Below, one piece after another: positions 27,907 through 38,200 of a stretch of 64,000 nt of DNA. The stretch is from assembly GCA_030039155.1 (NCBI GenBank), contig JASHQL010000156.1, forward strand, positions 162 through 64,161, given 5' to 3'. How positions within the stretch are numbered: position 1 is the first letter of the stretch; every line of letters starts with the position of its first letter. A program made the translations under genes and the position numbers. The stretch is from Streptosporangiaceae bacterium. Its GTDB lineage: Bacteria; Actinomycetota; Actinomycetes; Streptosporangiales; Streptosporangiaceae. The notes under the pieces were generated by a model, which saw only the letters and a list, made by a program, of their open reading frames with translations, searched no databases and had not been told where the DNA came from.

Positions 27907-29843
27907 CCGAAGCGGGCTGCAAGCGACTCAGCCTCGGTCCTTGCGCCGTCGATCGTCTGCCCTAGCGCCAGCGAAGGGCGATGCCGTACCGCCGAGCACT
28001 CCAGGCAGAAAGCTTCAAGCAACTCCTCCGGCACCGATGCGGGAATGACAGGCGTGTAGTCGGTCACGAGTGACAGCATCCGGCCGTCGATTGGCAGCAG
28101 CCAGCCCAGGCTCACCAACCTGTCAATGACTGGCAGCGCTTCGTGCTCGGACAACCCGCTGGTCAGGTCGGCCAGCCTTACGCCGCGGTCTGCGCGCTGC
28201 AGGATCTCCAGCGTGCAGCCGTCGATGCGGTCCCTGGCGATAGTTGCGACTGGTCGTGTATCGAAAACCCAGCAGCCGTCCGGTTTCTCAACCCGTAGCA
28301 GAGCGCTTGACTCGTAGCTCGCTTGCCAGTCGTCCACTAGCTCGCGCAGGACCCGCCCGTACTCTTCCGGATCCTTGCCCCCGTCGGGCACAAAGTCAAA
28401 ATAATAGACCAGGTCATTCAGATCATCCATTGGATGACCATAAATGTACTGATATGGCTCCGGTGGCCAGCGCCTGGCCACGCCTAGCGCTCGTCCATTG
28501 AAGTCAAGCGGGCTAAAGCGATCGAGTCGCACGCGGCATGCAAATGGCGGCCGCAGATGATGGAGCATCGGAAGTATCTTGAACATCTCGAGATAGTCTT
28601 GCATGTCTTCTCGAGGGAAGCCGTAGAGCAGGTTCCACATCGGGCGGATGCCCAGTTCTTCACACCATTTCAACAGGCGGATGTTGTGGTAAGCGTCAAC
28701 GCCCTTCCGCATCAGTTTCAGGATCGGCGTGCTGAGGCTCTCGATGCCTGGCTGAACGCACCGTATCCCGGCACTATGCATCAGTTCGACCTGTTCACGG
28801 GTCACTTTCGACTTGATCTCATAGAAGATCTTGGCGGGAAGCTTGCGCTCGGCGAGCGCAGGCAGCAGCGTCCGGAAATAGTGGAAGTCCAGAATGTTGT
28901 CGACCGCATTCACGTTGTTGACGCCGTATTGCAGGGCTGACTCAATATCGTGGATAACGCGCTCCGGGCTCTTGCTGCGGAAGAACAAACTGTCGCCGTT
29001 AAGGCCGCAGAATGTGCAGTGTTGCTGGGCTCCATACCAGCATCCGCGACTGGTCTCGATCGGGATCTCGATGTCACCGCCGGACAGCGGCAGGCGTGCC
29101 TGCTCAATTTGCCTGAACCAGTCCTCGTACCGAGGCGTCGGCAGCGCGTCGAGGTCCTGCCACCTGGCAGGTTTACGGGCTTTCGGCTGAGCGCTGGACA
29201 GCATTCCTGGTATCTGTGTCTCGGGACTGCCGGCGTCGTCAAGGTGCTGGGCCAGGTTCAGGAGCGCGGTTTCGCCTTCGCCGGGGCAGACGTAGTCCAC
29301 GGCGGGGAAGAGTCGCAGCACAGACTCGCCCATGACGTCCTCACATGACGCGCCACCGAGCACAATCTTGGACCGGCCGCCCAGCATCTTGAGGCGCTCC
29401 GCCATCGCCAGGCTTGGCGCGAGGTTGAAGGTCGTGTTGAATCCGACGAGATCGAAGTCGCCTTTGGCGATGCCGAGGCTTTCGTCGCGCACCAGATCGC
29501 GTGCCTCTGCGGCCAGATCTGGGAGTATGTTGATGAGCCATTCCGGTACATTCTTTGCCAGCAGGTGACGTTCGATGACCAGACGCATCGCCGGTTCGAT
29601 TTCGTCGCCATGGCCGGGCCACATGGCCGAGAAAACCATCTCGCCGTATAGCGTCTCTGCAGGCATCTGCTCGGAAGCCATGCGGTAGAGATTCAGTCCG
29701 ATGCGGCGAGCGTACTCGACGTTGAGGTACCTGATCTCGGCAGTGTGGCCGTTCGCCTCCAGGACGCCCCGCAGCAGGCTCAGAGCGATTGATGGTCGGC
29801 TGACTGACTGGAATGGCATTTGCACCAAGACTACGTTGGCCAT
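27834..29843 (-). CDS. B12-binding-domain radical SAM enzyme, RiPP-maturation (C-methyltransferase-like) type, paralog 1
   Basis: Trimmed to ATG at 29843 (MANVVLVQMPFQ). Rossmann-like N-terminal half (KIVLGGASCE). Cluster motif GCWYGAQQHCTFCGLNG. About two-thirds identical by eye to 41517..43475. Confidence 0.85.
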   Translation of the reverse strand: MANVVLVQMPFQSVSRPSIALSLLRGVLEANGHTAEIRYLNVEYARRIGLNLYRMASEQMPAETLYGEMVFSAMWPGHGDEIEPAMRLVIERHLLAKNVPEWLINILPDLAAEARDLVRDESLGIAKGDFDLVGFNTTFNLAPSLAMAERLKMLGGRSKIVLGGASCEDVMGESVLRLFPAVDYVCPGEGETALLNLAQHLDDAGSPETQIPGMLSSAQPKARKPARWQDLDALPTPRYEDWFRQIEQARLPLSGGDIEIPIETSRGCWYGAQQHCTFCGLNGDSLFFRSKSPERVIHDIESALQYGVNNVNAVDNILDFHYFRTLLPALAERKLPAKIFYEIKSKVTREQVELMHSAGIRCVQPGIESLSTPILKLMRKGVDAYHNIRLLKWCEELGIRPMWNLLYGFPREDMQDYLEMFKILPMLHHLRPPFACRVRLDRFSPLDFNGRALGVARRWPPEPYQYIYGHPMDDLNDLVYYFDFVPDGGKDPEEYGRVLRELVDDWQASYESSALLRVEKPDGCWVFDTRPVATIARDRIDGCTLEILQRADRGVRLADLTSGLSEHEALPVIDRLVSLGWLLPIDGRMLSLVTDYTPVIPASVPEELLEAFCLECSAVRHRPSLALGQTIDGARTEAESLAARFGYDLVSSGYCAGSAPMTARHSTKK

Positions 29844-29892
29844 CGATTTTCGCCTTTCCTGCCGCGGGAAGCTTGCTGCTCGGGAGCCCGGC

Positions 29893-31245
29893 TCATGCTG
29901 CCCGCTGCCAGCCGATGCCGTCAGCGGACGGGACCAGGCTGCCCGGCACGACGGCCACAGCGCCCTGGCTGGCCGCTGTGCGGGCAGCGTAGGAATGCTC
30001 GGAGTCACCTGGAACGAGTGCGGGATCGTCAGAAGCTGCACCACCGACGAGTTCTATGAACGCGACAATGTCCGCCAGAGCCGAGCCGGTGAGCCGCTTC
30101 GCCGCCCAGAAGTACGAATGCTCGCTGAGACTCTCGATATAGAACGCTCTGAGGAACTGATAGAAAAACCTGTATTCTGTTCGGTACCTGCGTTCGAACT
30201 CGGCCAGTGCCTGCTCTTCCGGGATCGCGCCGGCCAGGCTGCTGTTGATGGCCCGTGCGGCCAGCAGCGCCCCATAAGTGGCCAGGTGGACACCGGAGGA
30301 GAGAACCGGGTCAACGAAGCACGCGGTGTCGCCGACTAGGACCATGCCAGGCCGGTGAAAGCGATCGTGGCAATACGAGTAGTCGCGCCGGATGCGGACG
30401 TGCCCGTAGGGTCCGTCGGTGACGCGGCTTGCGGTCGACAGATATTGCCTGATCAGCGGGCAGGACGCGATGAGCCCGGCGAGGGCGCCAGCTGGATCTC
30501 CCTGGATGCTGGGCGCGAGGTCACCGGGGATCACCGCGCCGACGCTGGTCAGGGTCGCACTGAGCGGGATGTACCAGAACCAGCCGTTGTCGAATGCTAC
30601 CGACAGGATGTTGCCGGAGTGCGGCTCGGGCAGCCGCTTCCCGTTCTCGAAGTAGCCGAACACGGCGATGTTGCGGAAGAAGTCCGAATAGTGACGCTGA
30701 CCTGCCATCCGGCGATAGATCCGGCTGCGGTGCCCGCAGGCGTCGGCGACGAACCTGGCCAGGGCGGTACGCACCCGGCCGTCATCGTCGGTGTACCTGA
30801 TGCCTTGCACCCGACTCTGCCCGACGACGATGTCAATCGCTGAACATCCTTCATGCACGTCAACCCCGGCGCGCCGGGCGTTGTTGAGGAGGATGGCATC
30901 GAACCGCATCCGTTCGACCTGGTAGGCGTAGGAATTGCCGTGCGAGAAGGCGGGCAGGTCGCGAAATTCGAACGTCCATGGCTCAGGGTTGCTGCCCCAT
31001 CTGAATGTTCCGCCATGCTTCACGATGAAACGGCCGGCTTCAAGTTCGTCGCTAACACCGAGGAGGCGGCATATCCCATGGACAGTGGCCGGCAGCAAAG
31101 ACTCACCGATCTGATATCGCGGGAAGTGCTCCTTTTCCAGCAGCAGAACCCGCTGACCTCGCATGGCCACCAGTGCGGCCAGAGTCGCGCCGGCCGGCCC
31201 GCCGCCAGCCACGATCAGGTCATACCGCTCAGAGGCCAGCGTCAC
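29893..31245 (-). CDS. flavin-dependent halogenase
   Basis: RBS AGGGAG, then GTG at 31245. YDLIVAGGGPAG FAD motif, FPRYQIGESLLP, and the halogenase signature GWFWYIPL (WxWxIP). Confidence 0.8.
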   Translation of the reverse strand: MTLASERYDLIVAGGGPAGATLAALVAMRGQRVLLLEKEHFPRYQIGESLLPATVHGICRLLGVSDELEAGRFIVKHGGTFRWGSNPEPWTFEFRDLPAFSHGNSYAYQVERMRFDAILLNNARRAGVDVHEGCSAIDIVVGQSRVQGIRYTDDDGRVRTALARFVADACGHRSRIYRRMAGQRHYSDFFRNIAVFGYFENGKRLPEPHSGNILSVAFDNGWFWYIPLSATLTSVGAVIPGDLAPSIQGDPAGALAGLIASCPLIRQYLSTASRVTDGPYGHVRIRRDYSYCHDRFHRPGMVLVGDTACFVDPVLSSGVHLATYGALLAARAINSSLAGAIPEEQALAEFERRYRTEYRFFYQFLRAFYIESLSEHSYFWAAKRLTGSALADIVAFIELVGGAASDDPALVPGDSEHSYAARTAASQGAVAVVPGSLVPSADGIGWQRAA

Positions 31246-33772
31246 TGATGGCTCCCTCGATGTTGAGCGCACGGCAGCGCAGCGTACGCAGGATGTCGTC
31301 TTGGCCCTCGGTGAGCAGGCGGCGCAGGGCGGCGGGCGGATCGGTGGTGGCGATGTAGGCATCGGTCGCGTCCACTGTCTGCTGGCTGAATGGGCAGGCC
31401 GGATACAGGCCGGCGACGAAGTCTTGCGCCATTGCGGTTGGCCACGTGCGCCAGACCACATCGATCGCACTGAAATAGTCGTCCAGGTAGGGCTCGGTCA
31501 GCGCACGCTGGTCGGGGTAGGCAAACCCGGCCAGCAGCGCACGGAACAGCGCAAGCGGAAGCTCGCCGCTGGTTAGCTTCCGCCACGCGGCCCGCTTGGC
31601 ATCAGCTGCAGGTATCGCTGCGTGACACGTTGCGGCATGCCGTTCACCGGCATCGGTGGCATCGCGGCTCCGCTCGCGGTCGATCTGGCTGGCCCCGGCC
31701 TTACCCCTGCTGACCAACCTGGTCAGCAGCGTCCAGCGCAGGTCGGTGTCGACGAGCAGACCGCTCAGCGCAGCCGAGCCGTCCAGCAGGCCGGCTAGGA
31801 ACGCCAGGTCATCGTCGCGGGTGGCAACCTCGGCAAGCGCTCGCAGGTACGTGAGCTGAGTGTCTGATCCGGCGGGTGCCTGGCTGAGGAGCCCGCGCAG
31901 CGTCGTGGCAATCAGCTCGAGCCCGGTCTCCTGCCAGGCCGGGTCGGCGTAGCGCCTCACCGCCACGCCGGCCTGGCCGAGCAGAGCTTGCGCCATGCTC
32001 ACGTCGGGGACAGTGCCGACGCCTGAGGCGACGAGCTTGACATATTCGCGCGCTGCCATTTCTCCGTCTCGGCACATGTCCCAGGCGGCAGACCAGCACA
32101 ACGCGGCCGGGAGCGAGTCGGCGAAGCCGCCGATGTTGCCGAGAAGCGTGCGCAGCGACCGCTGGTCGAGCCTGATCTTGGCGTAGCTCAGGTCGTCGTC
32201 GTTCACCAGCAGCAGGTCTGGGCAGGATTCCCCGATCATCGCTGGCAACATCGTCAGTTCGCCGGCGACATCGACCTCGACTCGCCCGGTACGAGCCAGG
32301 GCACCGCATGACCGGTTGTACAGCCCGATGGCTATGCGGTGCGACCGCAGGACTGGGTGCTGTCGCGGAGCTTCCTGCAGGACGGCGAATGAGGTGAAGC
32401 GGCCGGCCTCATCGAGGGTGAACGATGGCCGCAAGGTATTGACCCCAGCAGTTTCCAGCCACTGCCGGGACCAGGAAGTTAGCTCACGGCCTGAGGCTGC
32501 CTCAAGTGCCGAGAGCAGGTCAGCCAGCGTCGCGTTTCCCCATGCGTGCGCGGCAAAGTACCTCCGCACGCCGACCAGGAAGTTCTCCCGACCCACCCAG
32601 GCGACAAGCTGTTTGAGCACAGCCGCGCCCTTGGCGTAGGTGATGCCGTCGAAATTGACCTCGACAGCTGCGATGTCCGGGATGTCGGCTGAGATCGGGT
32701 GCGTGGTGGCCAACTGGTCCTGGCGATACGCCCAGGCCTTGTAGAGCTGGGCGAACGTCGTCCATCCGGACGACCAGCGAGTAGCCTCCACCTCGGCAAG
32801 CGTGCCGGCCCAGGTCGCGAACGACTCATTCAGCCAGAGATCATCCCACCAGCGCATGGTGACCAGGTCGCCGAACCACATGTGCGCCATCTCATGCAGG
32901 ATGGTCTCCGCCCGGCCCTGGCGGACGAAGTCGGTGACCCTAGACCGGAAGAGGAACTGCTCGGTGAACGTCACGGCGCCAGGGTTTTCCATGGCGCCCT
33001 CTTTGAATTCCGGCACGAATAGCTGATCATACTTTCCGAACGGATACTTGGTCCCGAAGATATTGTGAAAGAAACCAAAGCCTTGCTTGGTGATCGTGAA
33101 AATCTCGTCCGGATCAAGATACTCGGCCAGCGACTGGCGGCAGAAAATGCCCAGCGGAATGCCGTCGCACTCGTCCTTTGCCAGGTGATAGGGACCCGCG
33201 GCGACCGCCGTGATGTAAGTTGGCATCGGCGGGGTAGCCGGGAACCTCCAGCAGATCCCGTCCTGAACTGGTTCGGTCAAGTCCGGCGCCATGTTAGAGA
33301 CCACGGTCCAGTCCGCTGGCGCGGTGACTGTGAAGGCGAAGCTGGCCTTCAGGTCGGGTTGATCGAAGCACGCATAGACCCGGTGCGCGTCGAACGCCTC
33401 AAGGTCGGAGTACAGGTACGCCCGACCGTCAGCCGGATCGATAAACCTGTGCAGTCCAGCGCCCGTGCGCGAATACTCGCATTCAGCGTCGACCGCGAGG
33501 ACATTCTCTGCGCACAGACCGGTCAGCGCTATGCGGTGGCCGTCGAATGCTGCCGGGTCCACCGGCTCGCCGTTCAGCGTGATGCGGTGAACGCCGGCGG
33601 CCGTCAAGTTCACGAAGGTCGTGGCATCAGGCGCGCGGCTGCTGAACCTGATCAGGCTTGACGATGCGAATGTGCCGGCCGCGCTGGTCAGGTCGAGGTC
33701 AACCTGGTACGAGTCGACCCGGACAAGCGCGGCACGCTGCCGCGCTTCCTGCAGGGTCAGGTCAGCTGACAT
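31229..33772 (-). CDS. pepN: M1-family aminopeptidase N
   Basis: GAMEN exopeptidase motif (EGAMENPG) and HEMAHMWFGDLVTMRWWDDLWLNESFA (HExxH-x18-E). 847 aa. Confidence 0.9.
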   Translation of the reverse strand: MSADLTLQEARQRAALVRVDSYQVDLDLTSAAGTFASSSLIRFSSRAPDATTFVNLTAAGVHRITLNGEPVDPAAFDGHRIALTGLCAENVLAVDAECEYSRTGAGLHRFIDPADGRAYLYSDLEAFDAHRVYACFDQPDLKASFAFTVTAPADWTVVSNMAPDLTEPVQDGICWRFPATPPMPTYITAVAAGPYHLAKDECDGIPLGIFCRQSLAEYLDPDEIFTITKQGFGFFHNIFGTKYPFGKYDQLFVPEFKEGAMENPGAVTFTEQFLFRSRVTDFVRQGRAETILHEMAHMWFGDLVTMRWWDDLWLNESFATWAGTLAEVEATRWSSGWTTFAQLYKAWAYRQDQLATTHPISADIPDIAAVEVNFDGITYAKGAAVLKQLVAWVGRENFLVGVRRYFAAHAWGNATLADLLSALEAASGRELTSWSRQWLETAGVNTLRPSFTLDEAGRFTSFAVLQEAPRQHPVLRSHRIAIGLYNRSCGALARTGRVEVDVAGELTMLPAMIGESCPDLLLVNDDDLSYAKIRLDQRSLRTLLGNIGGFADSLPAALCWSAAWDMCRDGEMAAREYVKLVASGVGTVPDVSMAQALLGQAGVAVRRYADPAWQETGLELIATTLRGLLSQAPAGSDTQLTYLRALAEVATRDDDLAFLAGLLDGSAALSGLLVDTDLRWTLLTRLVSRGKAGASQIDRERSRDATDAGERHAATCHAAIPAADAKRAAWRKLTSGELPLALFRALLAGFAYPDQRALTEPYLDDYFSAIDVVWRTWPTAMAQDFVAGLYPACPFSQQTVDATDAYIATTDPPAALRRLLTEGQDDILRTLRCRALNIEGAISDAGL

Positions 33773-33789
33773 CTCCGGTCCCTTCGTCC

Positions 33790-34434
33790 CTAGCTGGCGA
33801 GCAGCATTCGCACCGATCCCAGCAGCCTGAGCCCAGCCTGACGGCGCTCGCCTTCGGCCGCGCCCAGCAGTCGTGCCACCTCAATGAGGTCGCAGAGTTC
33901 GCTGGTGGCCGAGGTAAGCAGCGACCGCGCGGCCCGGCTCCGCTGCACGATCCGCAACGCCGCGGCGGACTGCGTCGCGAACAGCGATAGCAACTCCAGT
34001 TGGGTCAGCTGAGACCGGCTGAGCTGCTGAGAGTCAAGAACCTCGAGGACGCCGATGGGTTCCTCATCGCAGATCACCGGGCTCGCCATCAGCGTGGCCG
34101 GCACGTAGTTCGTGGACTCCGCGATCTCTTTGGCGAACCGGTCATCGCCGTCCAGGTTGTCGACGATGACTGGCTGGCCTGACTCGAGCACCCACCCGGC
34201 GATGCCCCTGCTGGCCGGAAACCGCGTCCCGACGAGGAAGTCTGCTCCTTCGCCGGCCACGGCCTCGAACACCAGGTCGCCACTCGCGGTGTCGAGCAGG
34301 AAGATCGAACTGGCCGCTGCGTCGAAGATGGCACGCGCGGTGAGCACCACTGAATCCAGGAGCATGCGCTGATCTTCTTCAGAATCGAGCACAGCCAGCG
34401 ACATTGCCGCAGCCAGGGCGTTGTTATTGGTCAT
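33790..34434 (-). CDS. GAF-domain protein with short helical C-terminal extension
   Basis: ATG at 34434 overlaps the S8 stop (ATGA). The GAF-like core runs from SSIFLLDTASGDLVFEAVAG through RGIAGWVLESGQPVIV to PIGVLEVLD. No ANTAR or HTH seen. Confidence 0.75.
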   Translation of the reverse strand: MTNNNALAAAMSLAVLDSEEDQRMLLDSVVLTARAIFDAAASSIFLLDTASGDLVFEAVAGEGADFLVGTRFPASRGIAGWVLESGQPVIVDNLDGDDRFAKEIAESTNYVPATLMASPVICDEEPIGVLEVLDSQQLSRSQLTQLELLSLFATQSAAALRIVQRSRAARSLLTSATSELCDLIEVARLLGAAEGERRQAGLRLLGSVRMLLAS

Positions 34435-35267
34435 CGGGCACCTCGCACATTCGCGGCCGTGAGGTACAGCATGTTCTTGACCTGGAAGGCGGTCAGCTCG
34501 GGATTCTTGCTCAGAATCAATGCGCAATAGCCGGCGATGTGCGGGGTGGCAAAGCTGTTTCCGGTGCAGCGGCGCGTGCCGCCGCCAAGCCATGCCACTT
34601 CCACGTCGACTCCGTGCGCGAAGAACTCAACAGGCGGATGCGGGTTATAGAAGAACTGGCCACTATCTCCGGTGTCATGGCTGCCGACGGAAATGACCGA
34701 GGAGAAGCGCCAGGGATAACTCTCGACTCTGAGGTTGTGCGCCGAGGCGACAAGCGCGGTCTTGCGGAAGTAAGCGTCGTCGGCCAGCACGCGAAGGGCA
34801 TCGGCAAATTTCTGCCTCGTCGTGGAGAGGCTGAGGTTGACGACGTCGAACCGCTGCGCTACGGCCCACGCCAAGCCAGCCATGAGGGCGTCGCCGGTGC
34901 CAGAAAGGCCATGACTCAGTACTCGGACGCTATGAATCTCGCAGTCCGGCGCTACCGAGCGCACGACGCCGGCGCACGCCGTACCGTGACCGCTCAGGTC
35001 GTCTGCTCCGACCGGCACAACTGCCCACCCGCCGTCGGCCTGCCGCTCGACGGCATGCGACCCCTGAACCGGCCCGACTCGTGGATGGCCGCCTTCTACG
35101 CCGCTGTCGACGATGCAGACGCGGACGCCACTTCCGGTAGCGTCGCCCCACGCCTCATGCGCAGTCACCGGAGATGGCCATCTGGTGGCCTCGGCCAGGT
35201 TTGCGCGATCGCGGCCGACGATGTTCCAGGTGAGGGGCGGCCTGGCCAGCCGCGTGGTGTCCATCAC
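34431..35267 (-). CDS. S8-family (subtilisin-like) serine peptidase without signal peptide
   Basis: Catalytic triad motifs VDSGV, HGTACAG and GNSFATPH. GTG at 35267 or ATG at 35264. The start overlaps the upstream stop. Confidence 0.85.
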   Translation of the reverse strand: MMDTTRLARPPLTWNIVGRDRANLAEATRWPSPVTAHEAWGDATGSGVRVCIVDSGVEGGHPRVGPVQGSHAVERQADGGWAVVPVGADDLSGHGTACAGVVRSVAPDCEIHSVRVLSHGLSGTGDALMAGLAWAVAQRFDVVNLSLSTTRQKFADALRVLADDAYFRKTALVASAHNLRVESYPWRFSSVISVGSHDTGDSGQFFYNPHPPVEFFAHGVDVEVAWLGGGTRRCTGNSFATPHIAGYCALILSKNPELTAFQVKNMLYLTAANVRGAR

Positions 35268-38200
35268 TACCTTCCTTCAAGCAGTTGCCGTGCCCAGCCG
35301 ACGCCCACGACATGCCCTTTCCGGCTGAACCACGTCGCTGCCTGCCTGGCCATGTCCGCTGAGCCTGCACGGTCGCCGAGGTCGTGCAAGGCGATGGCCG
35401 TATCCAGGCACGCTGTCGCCCGAACTTCCGGCGAGTCGGTGCGTCGCGAGGCGGCCAGCGCTAGCGCGGACAACTGGCCTACCTCGTGGGTCAGTCCCTG
35501 CCGTGCCATGGTGCGGGCCTGCACGCCGCGACGGTCGGCGGCCGCGGCAGGCATGTCGTCGGATACCGGCGCGAAAGCTAGCTCGGCCGCCTCCGCCAGG
35601 TGCCCGCGTAGCAACTGGATCCGAGCAAGGTCCCGCGCGGCCGTCTCGGTCAGCTGCAGGTCCCCGAGATCTTTGGAGTCGATGTATGCGCGCCGCACGA
35701 TGGACTCTGCCGACTCGAGGTCGCCGGCCATCAGCCGGGTCGCGCCGACGAAGATCGGCAGAGCCACGTGCGCGCGGGCGTTGTCGAGGCCGCTGACTAT
35801 GTGGCCGGCCTCAACGAGGAACGCGTGGGCCTGATCATGCTCGGCAGCCATGGCTGCCAGCATTGCCAGCGGACAGAGCAAGGCAGCTCGTACCGTGCGG
35901 TGCGTGACCGCGTGCGCGCCGAGCAGGTCCCTGCAGCGTGCGATCGCCTGTGCGGCAGCCAGCGGCCCTGCCCAGAGCGAGACGCCAAGCGCGCCGAGGA
36001 CTGTGGCCTGCTCAAGAGCGGCGTCCAGCCGGATCGCCTGGTCTAGGGCAAGGCTGAGGGCCCTGACGGCGCTGGCGTGCCGGCCCTTGCTCTGTTTCGC
36101 GACGCCAATTCGCAGCCAGGCCCTGGCGACTCCCAGGTAGTCGCCTGCCTGTTCGAAGACTGGCAGGGCCTGGCGGGCGGCCTTGACCGACGCGCTGAAC
36201 TGCCTGGGCTGGCCAAGGTAGGCAAGCTGCATTTCGGCATGCGCCTTGATGGCTGGATTGTGCCCGGCAAGTGCTCGGTCACGGGCAGCGGCGAGGTCTC
36301 GCCGCCCGGCCTCGATCTCGCCTGCCATCAGCGCGGCTTCACCCGCCCGCAGAAGCAGCTCGGCGAGACGCTGGTCGTCAGCCGCGCAGAGCTGCAATGC
36401 CCGTCCGAGCAATCCCGATGCGTGCCGCGGATCGCCGCTGCCGAGTGCACGATTGCCGGCTGACCGCAGCGCGTCGATGGCCCGGTCAGCTAGCTGACTG
36501 CGCGTCGCCTCGGGCGTTCCGACTTCCCTGCCGAGCAGCCATGCGCGCTCCCAGTGCGTGCCAGCGATCTCGGCGTCCCCGCCGCTGGCGCTCAACCAGG
36601 CTGCCAGCCGCTCATGTCCGGCGGCGCGCCATCCCTTCGGCATCGAGTCATAAGCGACCTCATGGATCAGAGCGCTGTCGAACCGGTAGGTGGCTGCAGG
36701 CCAGGCAGCGATCTGCCGGATCAGCCGACGCTGCACGAGCGCTGCCAGGCCCTTGGCCAGTCTCGCTGCCAAGTCATCTTCGGCAATGGCAGCGAGTTCT
36801 GCGGCCGTGAAGTCGCGTCCGACCACGGCGGCCAGCCCGAGGATCCTGCGCTCACTGGTGGCGAGCAGGTCCAGCCGGTAGGAGATCAGGCCGTTGATGC
36901 TGACCGGCATCGCCTCAGACGTGCCGCTTCTGGCGACGTTGATGACCTGTTCAAGGTAGAGCGGATTGCCCTCTGCCCGGGCCACCGCGCGTTCTGCCAG
37001 CTCGGCGTCGTGAGCCATCACTTCGTCGAGCTTGGCGGCCAGAACGCGGCAGTCATCATCGCTTAGCGGGCGCAGCATGTCGGCGCGAGCATTCGGTCGG
37101 TGGCCGTTTCGTGCCCGTTCCTGTGTGGGCGTCTCGGGGCGAGCAAGCCACAGCACGGTCACAGCGACTCCAGACAGCCGGGCAGCCAAGCCGTTGACCG
37201 CATTCACAAGCTCCTGGCCCGCCATGTGCATGTCATCGAGAACGAGCACAAGCGGCCGGCCCCTGCCGATCTCGCCGAGCACGCGGCGAAGAGCCCACAC
37301 GGTCTCTGCCGGCGAGATTCCGGGCGAGTCATCGGCCAGTAGTCCCGCCCGCAGCATCGCCAGCGCTTCGGCTACCTCGGCGTCAGGGTGCGTTGGCTGG
37401 TCCCACTGAGCCAGCAGCTTCCTGACTGCCTCGGCCAGCGCCAGCAGTGAGCCGCCGGTGCCATAACCAGGGCAACTGCCGTCGGCGACTAGGGCGCTGG
37501 CGGAACGGGCCCACGCCGTGAACTCAGCGGCCAGCCGAGACTTGCCGATCCCCGCGTCGCCGTACAGGGTCACCAGCTGGCAGCTGCAGTCGCGTACCGC
37601 CAGGCTGTATGCGTGCCGCAGCGCAGCCATCTCGTCCAGGCGGTTCACCATGGGCAGATCGAAGCGGCGCGGGATGGCTGGTGCCCCATCGCTCACGCTG
37701 ACAAGACGGCCAGGCGTGATCTGGTGCGCGAAGCCCTTCAGCGTCAGCGGAGCTGCCGCCTCCTGGTCGGCGACGCCGTCAAGAGCCTTGCGGGTGAGCG
37801 GGCCGAGCAGGATCTCCCCGGCGTTGGCATGTTGCTCGAGCCGCGCCGCCAGGTTCACGGTCTCGCCGGAAACGAGCGTTGCGGCTGCTGCCAGGTCGTA
37901 GGCTGCCACGACCGGCCCGGTGTTCACGCCAATGCGCACATCGAGAGTGACGTGCAGGTCCTTGGCAGCCTCGGCATTGAGGCCAACCAGCGCCTGCCGC
38001 ATCTGCGCAGCCGCTCGAACCGCGCGCAGCGCGTCGTCCTCGTGCACGACGGGAACTCCGAACACCGCCATCACCGCATCCCCGATGTACTTCTCGACCA
38101 CCCCGCCATGCCGCTCGATACAGCTGCTCATGAGGTCGAAGTACCGGAGCATGAGTTCGCGCAGGGGCTCGGGATCAAGGGCGCGGCTCAGTTCCGTGGA

